From NCBI GenBank assembly GCA_049599475.1, contig JBMYOQ010000025.1:1-47790 (forward strand): DNA of 47,790 bases, read 5' to 3'. Below the pieces are notes generated by a model, which was not told where the DNA came from, searched no databases, and worked only from the letters and a program-made list of their open reading frames with translations. This document shows positions 20,423 to 30,576 of this stretch, piece by piece; position 1 is the stretch's first letter, and every line of letters begins with the position of its first letter. The DNA comes from Opitutales bacterium. Its GTDB lineage: Bacteria > Verrucomicrobiota > Verrucomicrobiia > Opitutales > JABSRG01. Both the position numbers and the translations under genes were made by a program.

Positions 20423-21064
20423 ATGATTTCGTTTTTCAAAAAGAAAGAGGAGGAACCCGTATTGCCTCTCGGCCTACGGGTGGGCGCTCCAGTAGAAATC
20501 AGCGAATTCGCCTTTATGGAAGTCGCTGTGGAGTTTGCTAAAGAGGCCTCGAGCCTGGAGTGCGTCGTCGAGCGCCTGGAGTCCTTCGACCTGGGAGAGG
20601 ACGGCGTGATGCTCTGGGCCTATCTGTCCAACTCTGAAGGAATTCTCCATGTATATGCCGATACCGAAGGCCAGATCGAGGAGCTAAGACTCTACCGAAC
20701 TGTCCACGTAGAAACGCCCTCGACTCAAGAAGAGTGGGCCTTTTGGGAAGAGGAATTGATAGGATTTATCCGTTTTCAGATGAGCGACCAAATCATGCCC
20801 GAAGCACCGATTTACGACAGGATGTGGCAAGCCGAAGGGGCCGAGCAGATTGCTGCAATGACTCTGGAAGCCCGTACGCATCCCCTCGAAAAGGATGCTC
20901 CCTTGGTCGAACACCGTGCCATGCGCTACGCCCGCCTCATCTGTGAAGAACCGGTGGAAAAAACAGAATGGCTCGACATCGTAATCTCCGAAGATGAAGA
21001 CGAGGCCTGGATCGACATTCGTATTGGCTACGATCTCAAGCAGGGAGATATCACTGTCTTGTAA
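20423..21064 (+). CDS. YjfK/DUF2491-like acidic protein
   Basis: LPLGLRVGA, P...EEW..W...IG...F, YDRMW, EHRAMRYAR, EWL...EE, IGYDL pattern recalled for DUF2491; 11 bp after the previous gene. Confidence 0.6.
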   Translation: MISFFKKKEEEPVLPLGLRVGAPVEISEFAFMEVAVEFAKEASSLECVVERLESFDLGEDGVMLWAYLSNSEGILHVYADTEGQIEELRLYRTVHVETPSTQEEWAFWEEELIGFIRFQMSDQIMPEAPIYDRMWQAEGAEQIAAMTLEARTHPLEKDAPLVEHRAMRYARLICEEPVEKTEWLDIVISEDEDEAWIDIRIGYDLKQGDITVL

Positions 21065-21120
21065 GCAAGCTCGAGGGCTACTTTGGCCGAGCTACTGAAC
21101 CCGCTTGGAAATGCGTACAT

Positions 21121-21146
21121 AAAAAAAGGCAGCCAACTGCTGCCTT
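21121..21146 (-). terminator. Intrinsic terminator after Fur-family gene (possibly bidirectional)
   Basis: aaggcagc-caact-gctgcctt with an A-run on +. Confidence 0.75.
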
Positions 21147-21170
21147 GAAATCCGTGTGTGCTATCGGAAC

Positions 21171-21581
21171 TTAGCTGACCCTTAGCGCGAAGGGTGCCGT
21201 GGTGTGGGAAAAGCTACCCTCTTCGCGATATTCTCCGTAAAGCACTACCGCATGTCCACTGACTGTGAAATTCTGAGGTAGATTTGTCACATCGAATTCA
21301 ATCGCGTCGCGTTCAATGAAAAACGCTCGGTCTGATTTTTCGCAGAGGAACAAGTATTCCTTCCGGTGCTTGGGTAGTGAGTATCGGGAAGGCTGTCCGG
21401 GAAGTTCGACTGTGATCAATTCTCCTTGGTCCACCATAGTTTTGATATTTCGATAGACCGTTGCGATTCCCAGATTGGGCACTTCGCGGCTAGCCTCGAT
21501 CAAAACTTCTTTGGGACCCAGTGGGCGATCGATGTTGTCAAACACCGTGCGGATGGCCTGTCTTTGGCGTGTATCTCTCAT
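21171..21581 (-). CDS. Fur-family transcriptional regulator (atypical)
   Basis: TRQRQAI, LGIATVYRNI winged helix; dimerisation domain lacks HHH and CxxC. Confidence 0.8.
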   Translation of the reverse strand: MRDTRQRQAIRTVFDNIDRPLGPKEVLIEASREVPNLGIATVYRNIKTMVDQGELITVELPGQPSRYSLPKHRKEYLFLCEKSDRAFFIERDAIEFDVTNLPQNFTVSGHAVVLYGEYREEGSFSHTTAPFALRVS

Positions 21582-21779
21582 GGGACGCGTTGTTTGTCCT
21601 AGTATTAGGATGTTGGCTTCATCGTGCGCAGACCGATTTATTATGGTGGGTTAGTGTGGTTGGTTCTGGACCATAAGTCGGCGACACATCCCGTTCTTGA
21701 GCGATTTTTGATAATCACTCTCTTTCGAGGGAAAAGCGCACTTTAATTAACGCTTTTAAAACTAGGTTTTTGTGCCTCT

Positions 21780-22250
21780 TTAATTATCGATTCCGTAGAT
21801 CCGATATGACCCAGGCCTGCCAGTTTTACCCTCTGGAGCGAGCGCAATCACAGTCCCGGTAGGCACTGCAAAGCGAACGCGATCTCTTTGCCCGGAAGTC
21901 AGATAAGAGGCCAGCCCGGGCACGAAAGGAAAATGCGAGACCACCAGCCAAGCCGCATCTTGGGACTCCAATTTGCGCGCGAACTGCACCACATTGCCCT
22001 CTGGAACGACTAGATCTTCGGTCTGAATCTTCAGCTTTTTCCCCAACACGTCGTTCCATATCTGAGCGGTCTGTTGCGCGCGAAGTAAGGGACTGGCCAC
22101 AATCTTTAGCGAACCAATCTCATACCGCTCTCGAAAACGTTCTGCTACCAGCCTGACATGAGATTGACCGTGCTCCGTGAGTGGGCGCTCCTCATCTGTC
22201 GCGGCCATACCGGCTTCACCATGGCGTGCTATGAAAAGAGGTAGGCTCAT
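21780..22250 (-). CDS. sixA: Phosphohistidine phosphatase SixA-like
   Basis: RHGEA, DEERPLT, SPLLRAQQTA, VSHFP. Confidence 0.85.
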   Translation of the reverse strand: MSLPLFIARHGEAGMAATDEERPLTEHGQSHVRLVAERFRERYEIGSLKIVASPLLRAQQTAQIWNDVLGKKLKIQTEDLVVPEGNVVQFARKLESQDAAWLVVSHFPFVPGLASYLTSGQRDRVRFAVPTGTVIALAPEGKTGRPGSYRIYGIDN

Positions 22251-22252
22251 AT

Positions 22253-25120
22253 TTATTCTGCAATAGGCGGCGTATAAATCTGCTCACCCAGATCTCCGGG
22301 CGGCACTCTTTCTTCAATCGGAACAACTGGCACTTCCTCAAGTATCTCTGGCGACGATTCCACCGGAGCTGGTGGTTCTATCGCGGGGGAGGCTTCCGAC
22401 ACTTCAGTTTCTTTTTCTGTGGTGAAAATATCTAGGGCCCAATTGGGATCGCTAATAGGTCCCCAAACTCGGATCGGAAAGGCGGAGGCGACCGGTCTAA
22501 GGATCGCAGTAAACAGGCTATACACGGGCGTCTCTTCCATATTCCCAGGAATCACATTCATCTTAAAATTCATGTGATCGTGCTTCATTTCATAGCTCCC
22601 GTCTCCACGTAATCGCACCCCGCGGCCGCTACCTTTGATGTTTTTAAACTCCAATAGGCTTCCTCGAATGTTCACTGGAGATTCGATTTCGTTCAGAGAG
22701 AGTGACCCTACCGGGAATGCCGTATTTGTCAGCGTCTCAGACAATCCGCCGAAGACATTCATTTCGTTGAGATTTCCTCCGGTCATGCGCGCTCTTCCAC
22801 TGCCTTGGAAGGAGAATCGGTCCAGCGGATCGCCCACTGCCTGAAAATTCAGATTTATACGTGTATTACCTCCGTCATCTTCCGTCTCGCTGGGAGCATT
22901 ATCCGTTTTCAGCATCGGGAAAACCGCGAAAATTCGATCGCGCCTTAGGCCTTCCATCTCAACGTCTACAGACAGTTCAGGAGCGATCTGCCCGCCCTCT
23001 TTCTCCACATAGCTCACCCTGAGCGCCCCGCTCCCAACGCCTCCACCAGCCAGGAATTCCAAACTCGGAATATCCACACCGTTGGTTCCATATTCCACTT
23101 CGATATCTAGGCTATCTACGCAAATATTGTACACTCCAATGGGGTTGTCTGCCCTCGCAGAAACACGCCCACCCTCTGCCCGAATCTTCTCCTCCGGCTT
23201 TGCACCGCTTCCATAAGTATGCCCCTCTACCCTTAGATCGATCGGACCTTCGGGATCAAAATTCGCTGTAATCTCCTGGACAACACTCGGAAATATTTTC
23301 TCCCCATTGCGCAGATCCACGCGCCCATCCAATGCGTACTCGGTGACCATCAAACCGTAGCGATCAGGAAAAAAGGTCCAGGTGAGCGATCCACGCGCAT
23401 CCCCCTCCGGACGACTAAGCTGTAGATCGAAGACTTCGGTAAATCGCGGTTTTCCCCACACCCGAGCAGATCCTTGATCGAAGCAGGCTCCTTTATAGGC
23501 CGTCTTCGAACCAAGAACTTGCCCAAAATAATGCGTCGAGCGGGGCTTCCCTATAGTGGTGCTCACATAAAAGTCCGCATGGGGGCGATGATCCTGCAAA
23601 AATGTAAACGGCTCCCACAAGTTCACCCACCAGGGCTCCATCCAGCTATTGATCGCTGGCGGTAAAATTTGGGACGAGATGTAGAGCTCCAAATCCTTGG
23701 ACCACCAATTGAAATCGAGGGATCCAGCAGCATCTCCAAGCGGGCCAGTAATCGCAAAATCATGTATCTCCGCACGATCTTTAAATAGGCTGAGCTCAGC
23801 CCAAGCATTGTCTAGCCAGACCCCTTTATAAGCTATGGGGCCTGTATCGCCTCGCAACTTGAGAGACTCCCACTCCACCGTTTCATCATAGCGAACTGCA
23901 GTATCGATGTAGAAGTTCGAGTCCTCGAGCCCCCAAACCAAATTCGCGAGCCCCGTTTGGCTGAACATCTCAACTGTTTCTAACTGGCGAATTCCCAGCC
24001 CTCGCGAACGCGCAGAGATTCGAGCTTCCTGAGAGAGAAAAGAGGCGTTCACCTGTGCACTCACCAACGCCCCATCCCAGAACACAGATACATCCACGGG
24101 CAGCTGAGTAAAATCGCCCAAGGAAGGACGCACGCTGAGCAAATCAACGGGATCCCTCAGGCCAGGCCCTTGCAAGCCCATGGCCACCCACTCCAAGCCG
24201 TCGACCATCTCATTTAGAATAATCTCACCTTCGAGTTCCTGATAAAAATCTAGATGACTCAAGGTCCAGTCGTCTTTCCAGGCCAATCCGCCGGCTCGCG
24301 CCTCCAGTGACACACGCTCGATTTGCATTTGGCTCAAGTTTACATCTGCGAAGACCTCGAAGAGCTCCACTTCGACAGCGTAGGGATTCCCTGCCTGTAT
24401 GCTTCCGGAGACATAGATATCCACCGAGTTTTCCCCCACTTGCTCACTCTTAAAACGTGCTTTCAAAAGAGGGCTAGAGACGAGGGACATGCGTTCTCGG
24501 AAGTCATAAAGGCCTCGGAGCTGTTCCTCTAAATCTCGTTTTTCAAAACTCTTTACTTCGCCGTCTCCTCGTTTCTGGCGAGGCACAGAGAATTCTCCCG
24601 CCCCCCAAATCGCGGCCGACCCAAACCTCAACAGAGCCTGTTGGATATTGTAGCTACGCCCCTCATCGCGCAGATCTAAGCGAGCCACTTCTAACAATTC
24701 TTCAGTCACTCCCGTTGGAGAATAGAGTGCAGGTAAAAACAGTTTTCCCTCGCTGAGTTTGAACTGATCCAACTCGATGCGGCCCAACATCAACAGACCG
24801 ACATCTAAATCTAGGACAATGTCCCCTAGCTCTATGACTGGGCTGCTCACACCCTTAATACCGGCCGAGAGAGACTTTACCGAAACCACTCCCCCGAAAT
24901 TCAAAAACACGCCTTCATGGGCCAACCAAAGCTCCGGATCAATCTGCGAAACGACCTCCTCGACGACTCGATTTGGTATACGCACGGTACCATCCCGGTA
25001 GAGGGAAAAAGCGATGTATCCTTGAACTATAAGAAAGAGACCTAGGGCTCCAATTAAAGCCCAACTAAGAATGCCATATACCACGCGAGCGCAGAACCCT
25101 ATGGACTTACGGAAACTCAC
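22253..25120 (-). CDS. AsmA-like (TamB/YhdP-type) protein
   Basis: Single N-terminal TM, long beta-rich body, AsmA_2-like C-terminus (GVRLRGDGSY...PIRVWGPISDPNW). Confidence 0.7.
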   Translation of the reverse strand: MSFRKSIGFCARVVYGILSWALIGALGLFLIVQGYIAFSLYRDGTVRIPNRVVEEVVSQIDPELWLAHEGVFLNFGGVVSVKSLSAGIKGVSSPVIELGDIVLDLDVGLLMLGRIELDQFKLSEGKLFLPALYSPTGVTEELLEVARLDLRDEGRSYNIQQALLRFGSAAIWGAGEFSVPRQKRGDGEVKSFEKRDLEEQLRGLYDFRERMSLVSSPLLKARFKSEQVGENSVDIYVSGSIQAGNPYAVEVELFEVFADVNLSQMQIERVSLEARAGGLAWKDDWTLSHLDFYQELEGEIILNEMVDGLEWVAMGLQGPGLRDPVDLLSVRPSLGDFTQLPVDVSVFWDGALVSAQVNASFLSQEARISARSRGLGIRQLETVEMFSQTGLANLVWGLEDSNFYIDTAVRYDETVEWESLKLRGDTGPIAYKGVWLDNAWAELSLFKDRAEIHDFAITGPLGDAAGSLDFNWWSKDLELYISSQILPPAINSWMEPWWVNLWEPFTFLQDHRPHADFYVSTTIGKPRSTHYFGQVLGSKTAYKGACFDQGSARVWGKPRFTEVFDLQLSRPEGDARGSLTWTFFPDRYGLMVTEYALDGRVDLRNGEKIFPSVVQEITANFDPEGPIDLRVEGHTYGSGAKPEEKIRAEGGRVSARADNPIGVYNICVDSLDIEVEYGTNGVDIPSLEFLAGGGVGSGALRVSYVEKEGGQIAPELSVDVEMEGLRRDRIFAVFPMLKTDNAPSETEDDGGNTRINLNFQAVGDPLDRFSFQGSGRARMTGGNLNEMNVFGGLSETLTNTAFPVGSLSLNEIESPVNIRGSLLEFKNIKGSGRGVRLRGDGSYEMKHDHMNFKMNVIPGNMEETPVYSLFTAILRPVASAFPIRVWGPISDPNWALDIFTTEKETEVSEASPAIEPPAPVESSPEILEEVPVVPIEERVPPGDLGEQIYTPPIAE

Positions 25121-27123
25121 GGCGTCGGAGTGGTTTCTCCATCCTCAAGGTTTTCATCCGAAGTAGCCGTGCTTGTGTCTGGCTCGGCCGCCGGCTCTTC
25201 GACTCCGGCTTCCTCAGGGGCAGCTTCCACATCGAATTCGACTGAAGTCGGTCGCTCCAAGAAGAGAGTGTATAGATTTTCGATCATCGCCGGCTCAACT
25301 TGGAACATCGAACCGAAGTCAGGGCTGCCTCCAGCCTGGAATGAGCCGCTCACGCGGTCCGTGAAATAAAAAGTCTGCACCAAGGTTTTGAAAGAATCTC
25401 CGTCACCCGGTAGAGCCAAAGACAAACTCACTTTGAGAGTCCACGGATAGCTTTCGGCCAGCGATTGATACCCGTCTGCCGAAAAAGAATTTTCAAGGAA
25501 CGCCGCCACTTCGAAATCCCGGAATTGACCAATCAAATCCCAAAATGGCCCCTGTTCCTCTACTAGCCAAGATTCCAGATAGGTGCCCCAGGTTTCCGTG
25601 GCTAGGTCGATCGATTCATCTCGCAAAGTCTCTACGCCGTCTCCGATTTTTTCCACCAAGACACGCTCAATCCGCACCGCCTTACCGAGACTTTGCAGCG
25701 TGCGATCCCTGTAATAAAGCGGATCCAGTATCCACAAGCGGGCCACATCGCTCGGCACCGCATATACGAAACGCTCGTCCTCAAGTTTTACGAAGAAGGC
25801 CTGACGCCCAGCGGGTAAACGGGTACGCGCCCCGACTAAGAGCGTGCGATCCGGACCCTCAGCATTTTGAAATTTGAGAGTCCAGCTCGGTTCAGTAAGC
25901 CCGTAAGTTTCTAAGTCTGACTGCGTTGGCACGTCTCTCACAAACTCCAAGGCCTCGATCCTGTCCAAGTTTTTGAGAAGTCGATCAACGACCTCGACAT
26001 CCGCCGCAATGGATACAAGCGATGCGTCTTCTCCACGATCCACGACTTGCCAAGAACCCGTTTCCAAACGCTTAAGTACCAGCCCTTCTTCTACGCTGCT
26101 TCTCGCGATTTCCAACCCGGTGAGTTTCTCCGGGTTAAACTTGAGAAAATCGCGCTCCCGAAGCTCGCTCTGCGCTTCGAGCAATTGGTCAAAAGGTGCA
26201 GCAGGAACGGTAACGACCACCGAGCGGTCTTCACGCTCGGCATAATAGGTCCGCTCGCCATTCGCGATCGGGGCTTCTCCGCCAATGATCAATGTCTCAC
26301 GGCGATCATTGCCTTCCAGGGTGATACGAATCCGCGGCTCCGCAATGGTAGACAAACGATCCTCGGGAGCCAGGGTATCTGGAAAATGCTGCGCCTCCAG
26401 GCGAGTGAGTTGTTGGAGGGTCGTGCGCACCAGCTCCATGTCGGCCTCCACCTCGATCGGGGCTTCAAAACGCCAGCCTTCCGCCTCCTTTTTGAGTCTC
26501 ACGGTGATGTCACCCGTCTCCGTAAAGCGAGTCACCAACTCGCGCACCTCAAAATCAGGGATATCAAAGATGCGACGATCACGGATGGAATTTAGATCAA
26601 CCGCCAAGGCTTTCAGCAAATCGGACGAAGTCACCAGGATCTCGCTCCCATCCGGTGAGAGCACATATAGACGATTCCCCACCTCTGTGGGTGCACCGAT
26701 TTTTAGCTCGATATCCTCCTGGTCGGGCATGCCAAAGGAGAGTTCGATGCGCGCCGGATCGAGCCCATAATCGGCAAGGGATTTACCGGCAGCTTCAATT
26801 TCAGATACCGAAAAACGAATTTCCGGCTCTAAGAATATGAGGCTAGAAAACATCCGGCTAATGCCATTGGGATTGGCCGGCCAACGAAAGGGAGTCTCGA
26901 GATACCACCGTTGGTCTTCGTAGACGAAGCTCCGCTTCAGCTCTTCTTGGCCATCCAAAAGCCGGCCGGCGATGGTCAACGAAGTGGCCGTTTCAATCTC
27001 CGGGCCAATGATGCCTGGAAGGCTCTTTTCCGGGAGCTGCGATCGCGTAGAATCGAGATAGAAGATCAATCCAAACACCGCTATGTTTGCGAAAAAGAGG
27101 AACAATGTGAGCTTGATGCGCAT
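25117..27123 (-). CDS. DUF4340 domain protein
   Basis: N-terminal TM; repeated W...P....A / LADYGLDP / YGLTEP units; start at 27123 inferred; follows GldG-like gene. Confidence 0.75.
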   Translation of the reverse strand: MRIKLTLFLFFANIAVFGLIFYLDSTRSQLPEKSLPGIIGPEIETATSLTIAGRLLDGQEELKRSFVYEDQRWYLETPFRWPANPNGISRMFSSLIFLEPEIRFSVSEIEAAGKSLADYGLDPARIELSFGMPDQEDIELKIGAPTEVGNRLYVLSPDGSEILVTSSDLLKALAVDLNSIRDRRIFDIPDFEVRELVTRFTETGDITVRLKKEAEGWRFEAPIEVEADMELVRTTLQQLTRLEAQHFPDTLAPEDRLSTIAEPRIRITLEGNDRRETLIIGGEAPIANGERTYYAEREDRSVVVTVPAAPFDQLLEAQSELRERDFLKFNPEKLTGLEIARSSVEEGLVLKRLETGSWQVVDRGEDASLVSIAADVEVVDRLLKNLDRIEALEFVRDVPTQSDLETYGLTEPSWTLKFQNAEGPDRTLLVGARTRLPAGRQAFFVKLEDERFVYAVPSDVARLWILDPLYYRDRTLQSLGKAVRIERVLVEKIGDGVETLRDESIDLATETWGTYLESWLVEEQGPFWDLIGQFRDFEVAAFLENSFSADGYQSLAESYPWTLKVSLSLALPGDGDSFKTLVQTFYFTDRVSGSFQAGGSPDFGSMFQVEPAMIENLYTLFLERPTSVEFDVEAAPEEAGVEEPAAEPDTSTATSDENLEDGETTPTP

Positions 27124-27149
27124 GTTGTGGAAGAGAATCAGGAAAAGAC

Positions 27150-28616
27150 TTAAATACGGCGTAGGAGGAGAATCGTAGCTCCGAGCAAGGCAACCGCCAG
27201 AGGCACGACCATGAGCCAAAGGAGGAGTTTCATGAGTTCGGCCTGACTCAAGGCGAGTTGAAATTCTTGAACGGGACGTGGCGGAATGGAGAGCATCTCT
27301 GCCTGGCCTATAGACCAGTTCAGAAGGTTATTAGCCATGATCTGATTGCCGTAGAATGAGAATCGGCCATTCGCCAACATGTCGGAATTGCCAAAGACCG
27401 CCAACTTACCCCCCTGCAGCGAGAGCCCGAGTTCCGAACCCACATCTCGCTCCGATACTGTGGCGATCGGGACAGGCCCTGGGATATCTATACCTGGGGA
27501 ATATTGAGGTGGGTCTTCTACCCGGTAGCTACGCTCAGCCCAGCTCTGTCCAGAAGAGCCCATAATCTGCGTGATGGTCAGACTGTCGTCCTCGGGTCTC
27601 CCGGGATTCACCCTTACGGGTCGCGACTGCCCTGCCAGCACCGAGAGCTGATTATCTATCAGAAAGGCTGTGATGGGGTGTTCTCCATCAAATTGGCGAA
27701 TGAGGGTATCTCCCCCAAAAATTTTCTGGTCCTGGCTTTGATCGATCACGATACGGTCGTCCGCCAAAATGCCCCACTCATAAAAGAGGTCATCCAGGCC
27801 ATGCGGAATGTATGCCTCCAGGAAGACGACGAGCTTACCTTGGTTGTCCAAAAAATTCCGCAGACGCTCTACCTCGATCGGACGGAAGGGTGCCTGAGGC
27901 CCGACGACCATTACCAAATCGGCATCTTCGGGCAATGCCTCTACCGTAGTCACATCGAGCCCGCGGATATCATAATTGCGCTCCAAGAGAAACTGCTTGA
28001 GCCGCGAGAGGCCGCGATTGGGGTCGATCTCGTCCACATTCATCTCCCCATGCCCCGCGAGGAAATAGACGACCGGCCGCTTATTCTGAGATACCTCCAT
28101 GACTGCCGATGTGAAGACCTGTTCGCCATTAAACCCGATGATTTCGCCATCGTCGTTTTGAGCGTAGAGATTGGTCCAATTCACCAGCTTTTTGCGGTCT
28201 TCACTGACCACCAAAATCGCGTTTTCCGTATCGAGACCATAGTTGCTTTTTAGCTCCTGAGCCCGGCTCCGCTGCTGAAACAGATCCACATACTCTACAA
28301 TGATCATTGGCTGGTCACCGCGAGAAGCGTAGTAGCTATACTCTTTCAACAGACCCTCCAAATCCTTGAAAATCATCTCATCGGCTTTCTCGGTGATCGT
28401 GACAATAATTGCCACCGGATTCTCCATGGCCCCCAGGAATGCTCGCGTCTCTGGTGCAAGCGTATAACGAGCATTCTCTGTGAGATCTCGACGTATGTAA
28501 TGAGTCGATGCCAAGAAATTCAGCCCAATGATCAGGGTAATTCCCATGATCGCGAGGAGAAAGGTATTGGCCGCTTTGATGCGCCTGACCCAGGAAAAAT
28601 TGTTAAAATTTGCCAT
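27150..28616 (-). CDS. GldG-family ABC transporter auxiliary component
   Basis: RRDLTENARYTL, GEQVFTSA, VYFLAGHGE, GP..PF, NNLLNW, terminal TM helices. Confidence 0.85.
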   Translation of the reverse strand: MANFNNFSWVRRIKAANTFLLAIMGITLIIGLNFLASTHYIRRDLTENARYTLAPETRAFLGAMENPVAIIVTITEKADEMIFKDLEGLLKEYSYYASRGDQPMIIVEYVDLFQQRSRAQELKSNYGLDTENAILVVSEDRKKLVNWTNLYAQNDDGEIIGFNGEQVFTSAVMEVSQNKRPVVYFLAGHGEMNVDEIDPNRGLSRLKQFLLERNYDIRGLDVTTVEALPEDADLVMVVGPQAPFRPIEVERLRNFLDNQGKLVVFLEAYIPHGLDDLFYEWGILADDRIVIDQSQDQKIFGGDTLIRQFDGEHPITAFLIDNQLSVLAGQSRPVRVNPGRPEDDSLTITQIMGSSGQSWAERSYRVEDPPQYSPGIDIPGPVPIATVSERDVGSELGLSLQGGKLAVFGNSDMLANGRFSFYGNQIMANNLLNWSIGQAEMLSIPPRPVQEFQLALSQAELMKLLLWLMVVPLAVALLGATILLLRRI

Positions 28617-28619
28617 CGT

Positions 28620-29390
28620 CTAGGAACGCGACTCCACGTTGATCACAGCTAAAGAGAGCAGCAATGCGCACATACTGCTATAATAGAAAATGGGACGGCT
28701 ATCGACCAAGCCCACGGAAAAGTCTTCGAGGTGCTGAGTCGCCTTGAAGTATAAAAGGGGCTCTTGAAGTAGCCCAAACATGGGACTGTCCTCCAGAGAA
28801 AGAGGCATCATTTTCATGAGATTCGCGAATGCGATCACGAGGAACAGAAGCGTAAACGTAAGCATGCCGGCCACGAGCTGAGAGCGTGTCAAACTGCTCG
28901 AGAAGATCCCCACCGCAATAAAGAGGAGCCCACTCAATGCTACGAAGGACAAACCTCCAATGATCGGGGCCCATTCGACTAAGCGCCCATCGAAGGTCGC
29001 ATAAGGTAAAAGTCGAGCAAAGATAAACGGGTAGGTAATCGTAAGTGCCCAAAGACCGCAGTAGAAGACATAGACTGCTAAAAACTTCCCAAGCACCAAG
29101 GACAGGGGCGAAGCAGGGGTCGTCAACAGAGTCGAAAGCGTTCCTAGTCGACGCTCCTCCGCTACACTGCGCATCGTGAGCAAGGGCACGACGAAGAGAG
29201 ACGGTAACCAGAATGCTCTAAAGTAGGAGGTAATCGGAAGCGTCTCAGAGGCAACGACAGTAAGGTCTCGAATCACCGTCCAAAAGATCAAAGCCATAAT
29301 CGCCAGAAACAACACACTCGCTACGTAGGACGAGGGCGTGAGCAATAGCATCCGGATCTCATGCTTAAAGATTAGCCAAGTATAACGCAT
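28620..29390 (-). CDS. ABC-2 type permease (GldF-like)
   Basis: PLLTMRSVAEERRLGTL..LLT.P, VLGKFLA, SSLTRSQLVA. Confidence 0.88.
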   Translation of the reverse strand: MRYTWLIFKHEIRMLLLTPSSYVASVLFLAIMALIFWTVIRDLTVVASETLPITSYFRAFWLPSLFVVPLLTMRSVAEERRLGTLSTLLTTPASPLSLVLGKFLAVYVFYCGLWALTITYPFIFARLLPYATFDGRLVEWAPIIGGLSFVALSGLLFIAVGIFSSSLTRSQLVAGMLTFTLLFLVIAFANLMKMMPLSLEDSPMFGLLQEPLLYFKATQHLEDFSVGLVDSRPIFYYSSMCALLLSLAVINVESRS

Positions 29391-29402
29391 ATTCAGACAA
29401 AA

Positions 29403-30482
29403 TTAGTTCTCAGAAGAATGGGCCGGCTCGACCCCCTCTTCAGTCGGTGCCAGAGGGTCGGACACCTCGTCCCAGCTGCGGCGTGTTGCCGCCATAAAGA
29501 CATCTTCCAGTGTAGGTTCCACAGGCGCTAACGAACGGACTTTCGCCGAATCCACCCCATTCAATACCTGGAGGAAATCTTCTCCATCGGGACCATTCAT
29601 TTCCACTTCAATTTCAAAGGCATGGAATTCAGAACCCGCAGATCGCTCAAGCGGCTCTACACGGGTTACTTTTGCAACGCCTTCCAAGGCCTTTTGAATT
29701 GCCTGTTTGTTTCCCGCCACTTCCATCTTGAATCTGCGAGCAGGCAAAAACTCTCGATGCAAAGATGCCGTGTCCCCCGCGGCGACGACTTCACCTTGGT
29801 TAATGATGATCACCCGGTCGCAACATGCCTCAATCTCCGGAAGGATGTGAGAGGAAAGAATCACCGTCATCTTTCCACGTAGCCCTGATATCAAGGAGCG
29901 CATAGCTTGGATCTGGTGAGGATCGAGTCCGATCGTTGGCTCGTCCATGATGACGACGTCGGGCTCTGCGAGTAGCGCATCGGCGATTCCCACACGTTGA
30001 CGGAATCCCTTCGAGAGCGCGCCGATTAACTTGCGACGCGCTTTACGCTGTAGGTCACACTGCTCCAATACGGTATTGATGCGCTCATTGCGCTTTCGCA
30101 TTGGAATACCTTTGAGCTGTGCTCGATAGCGCAAGTACTCGACCACACGCATATCCTCAGGGAGCGGATTATTCTCAGGCATATAGCCTATTCGCAATTT
30201 GGCGCGCTCGGGGTGGAGGGCAACACTGTCTCCACACAAGTAGGCTTCGCCACTGTCGGCCATCATCAGGCCTGAAAGTATCCGCATGGTCGTGCTCTTT
30301 CCCGCTCCATTTGGACCGAGAAAACCGATGATTTCGCCCGGTTGAACAGTGAAACTGATATCGCGTACAGCCACAACTGAACCATAGCGCTTGGTCAGGC
30401 TTTTCACTTCGATGCTGGGGATTGGGGAATTTTGTGAATCCACGATGTCGGGTGAGTCTCCGAGACTGGAAATAATTTTCAA
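29403..30482 (-). CDS. ABC transporter ATP-binding protein (GldA-like)
   Basis: GPNGAGKSTT, LSKGFRQRVG, MDEPTIGLDP, SSHIL; exact start uncertain. Confidence 0.93.
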   Translation of the reverse strand: MKIISSLGDSPDIVDSQNSPIPSIEVKSLTKRYGSVVAVRDISFTVQPGEIIGFLGPNGAGKSTTMRILSGLMMADSGEAYLCGDSVALHPERAKLRIGYMPENNPLPEDMRVVEYLRYRAQLKGIPMRKRNERINTVLEQCDLQRKARRKLIGALSKGFRQRVGIADALLAEPDVVIMDEPTIGLDPHQIQAMRSLISGLRGKMTVILSSHILPEIEACCDRVIIINQGEVVAAGDTASLHREFLPARRFKMEVAGNKQAIQKALEGVAKVTRVEPLERSAGSEFHAFEIEVEMNGPDGEDFLQVLNGVDSAKVRSLAPVEPTLEDVFMAATRRSWDEVSDPLAPTEEGVEPAHSSEN

Positions 30483-30576
30483 CCCCTATGTAGTTTAGTT
30501 TCACAAGAGTTTAGTTCCAAGAAACATCCCATGCTTGAAGCTCGACTTGTCGACCGAGAATAACTTGCCTCCCCTT

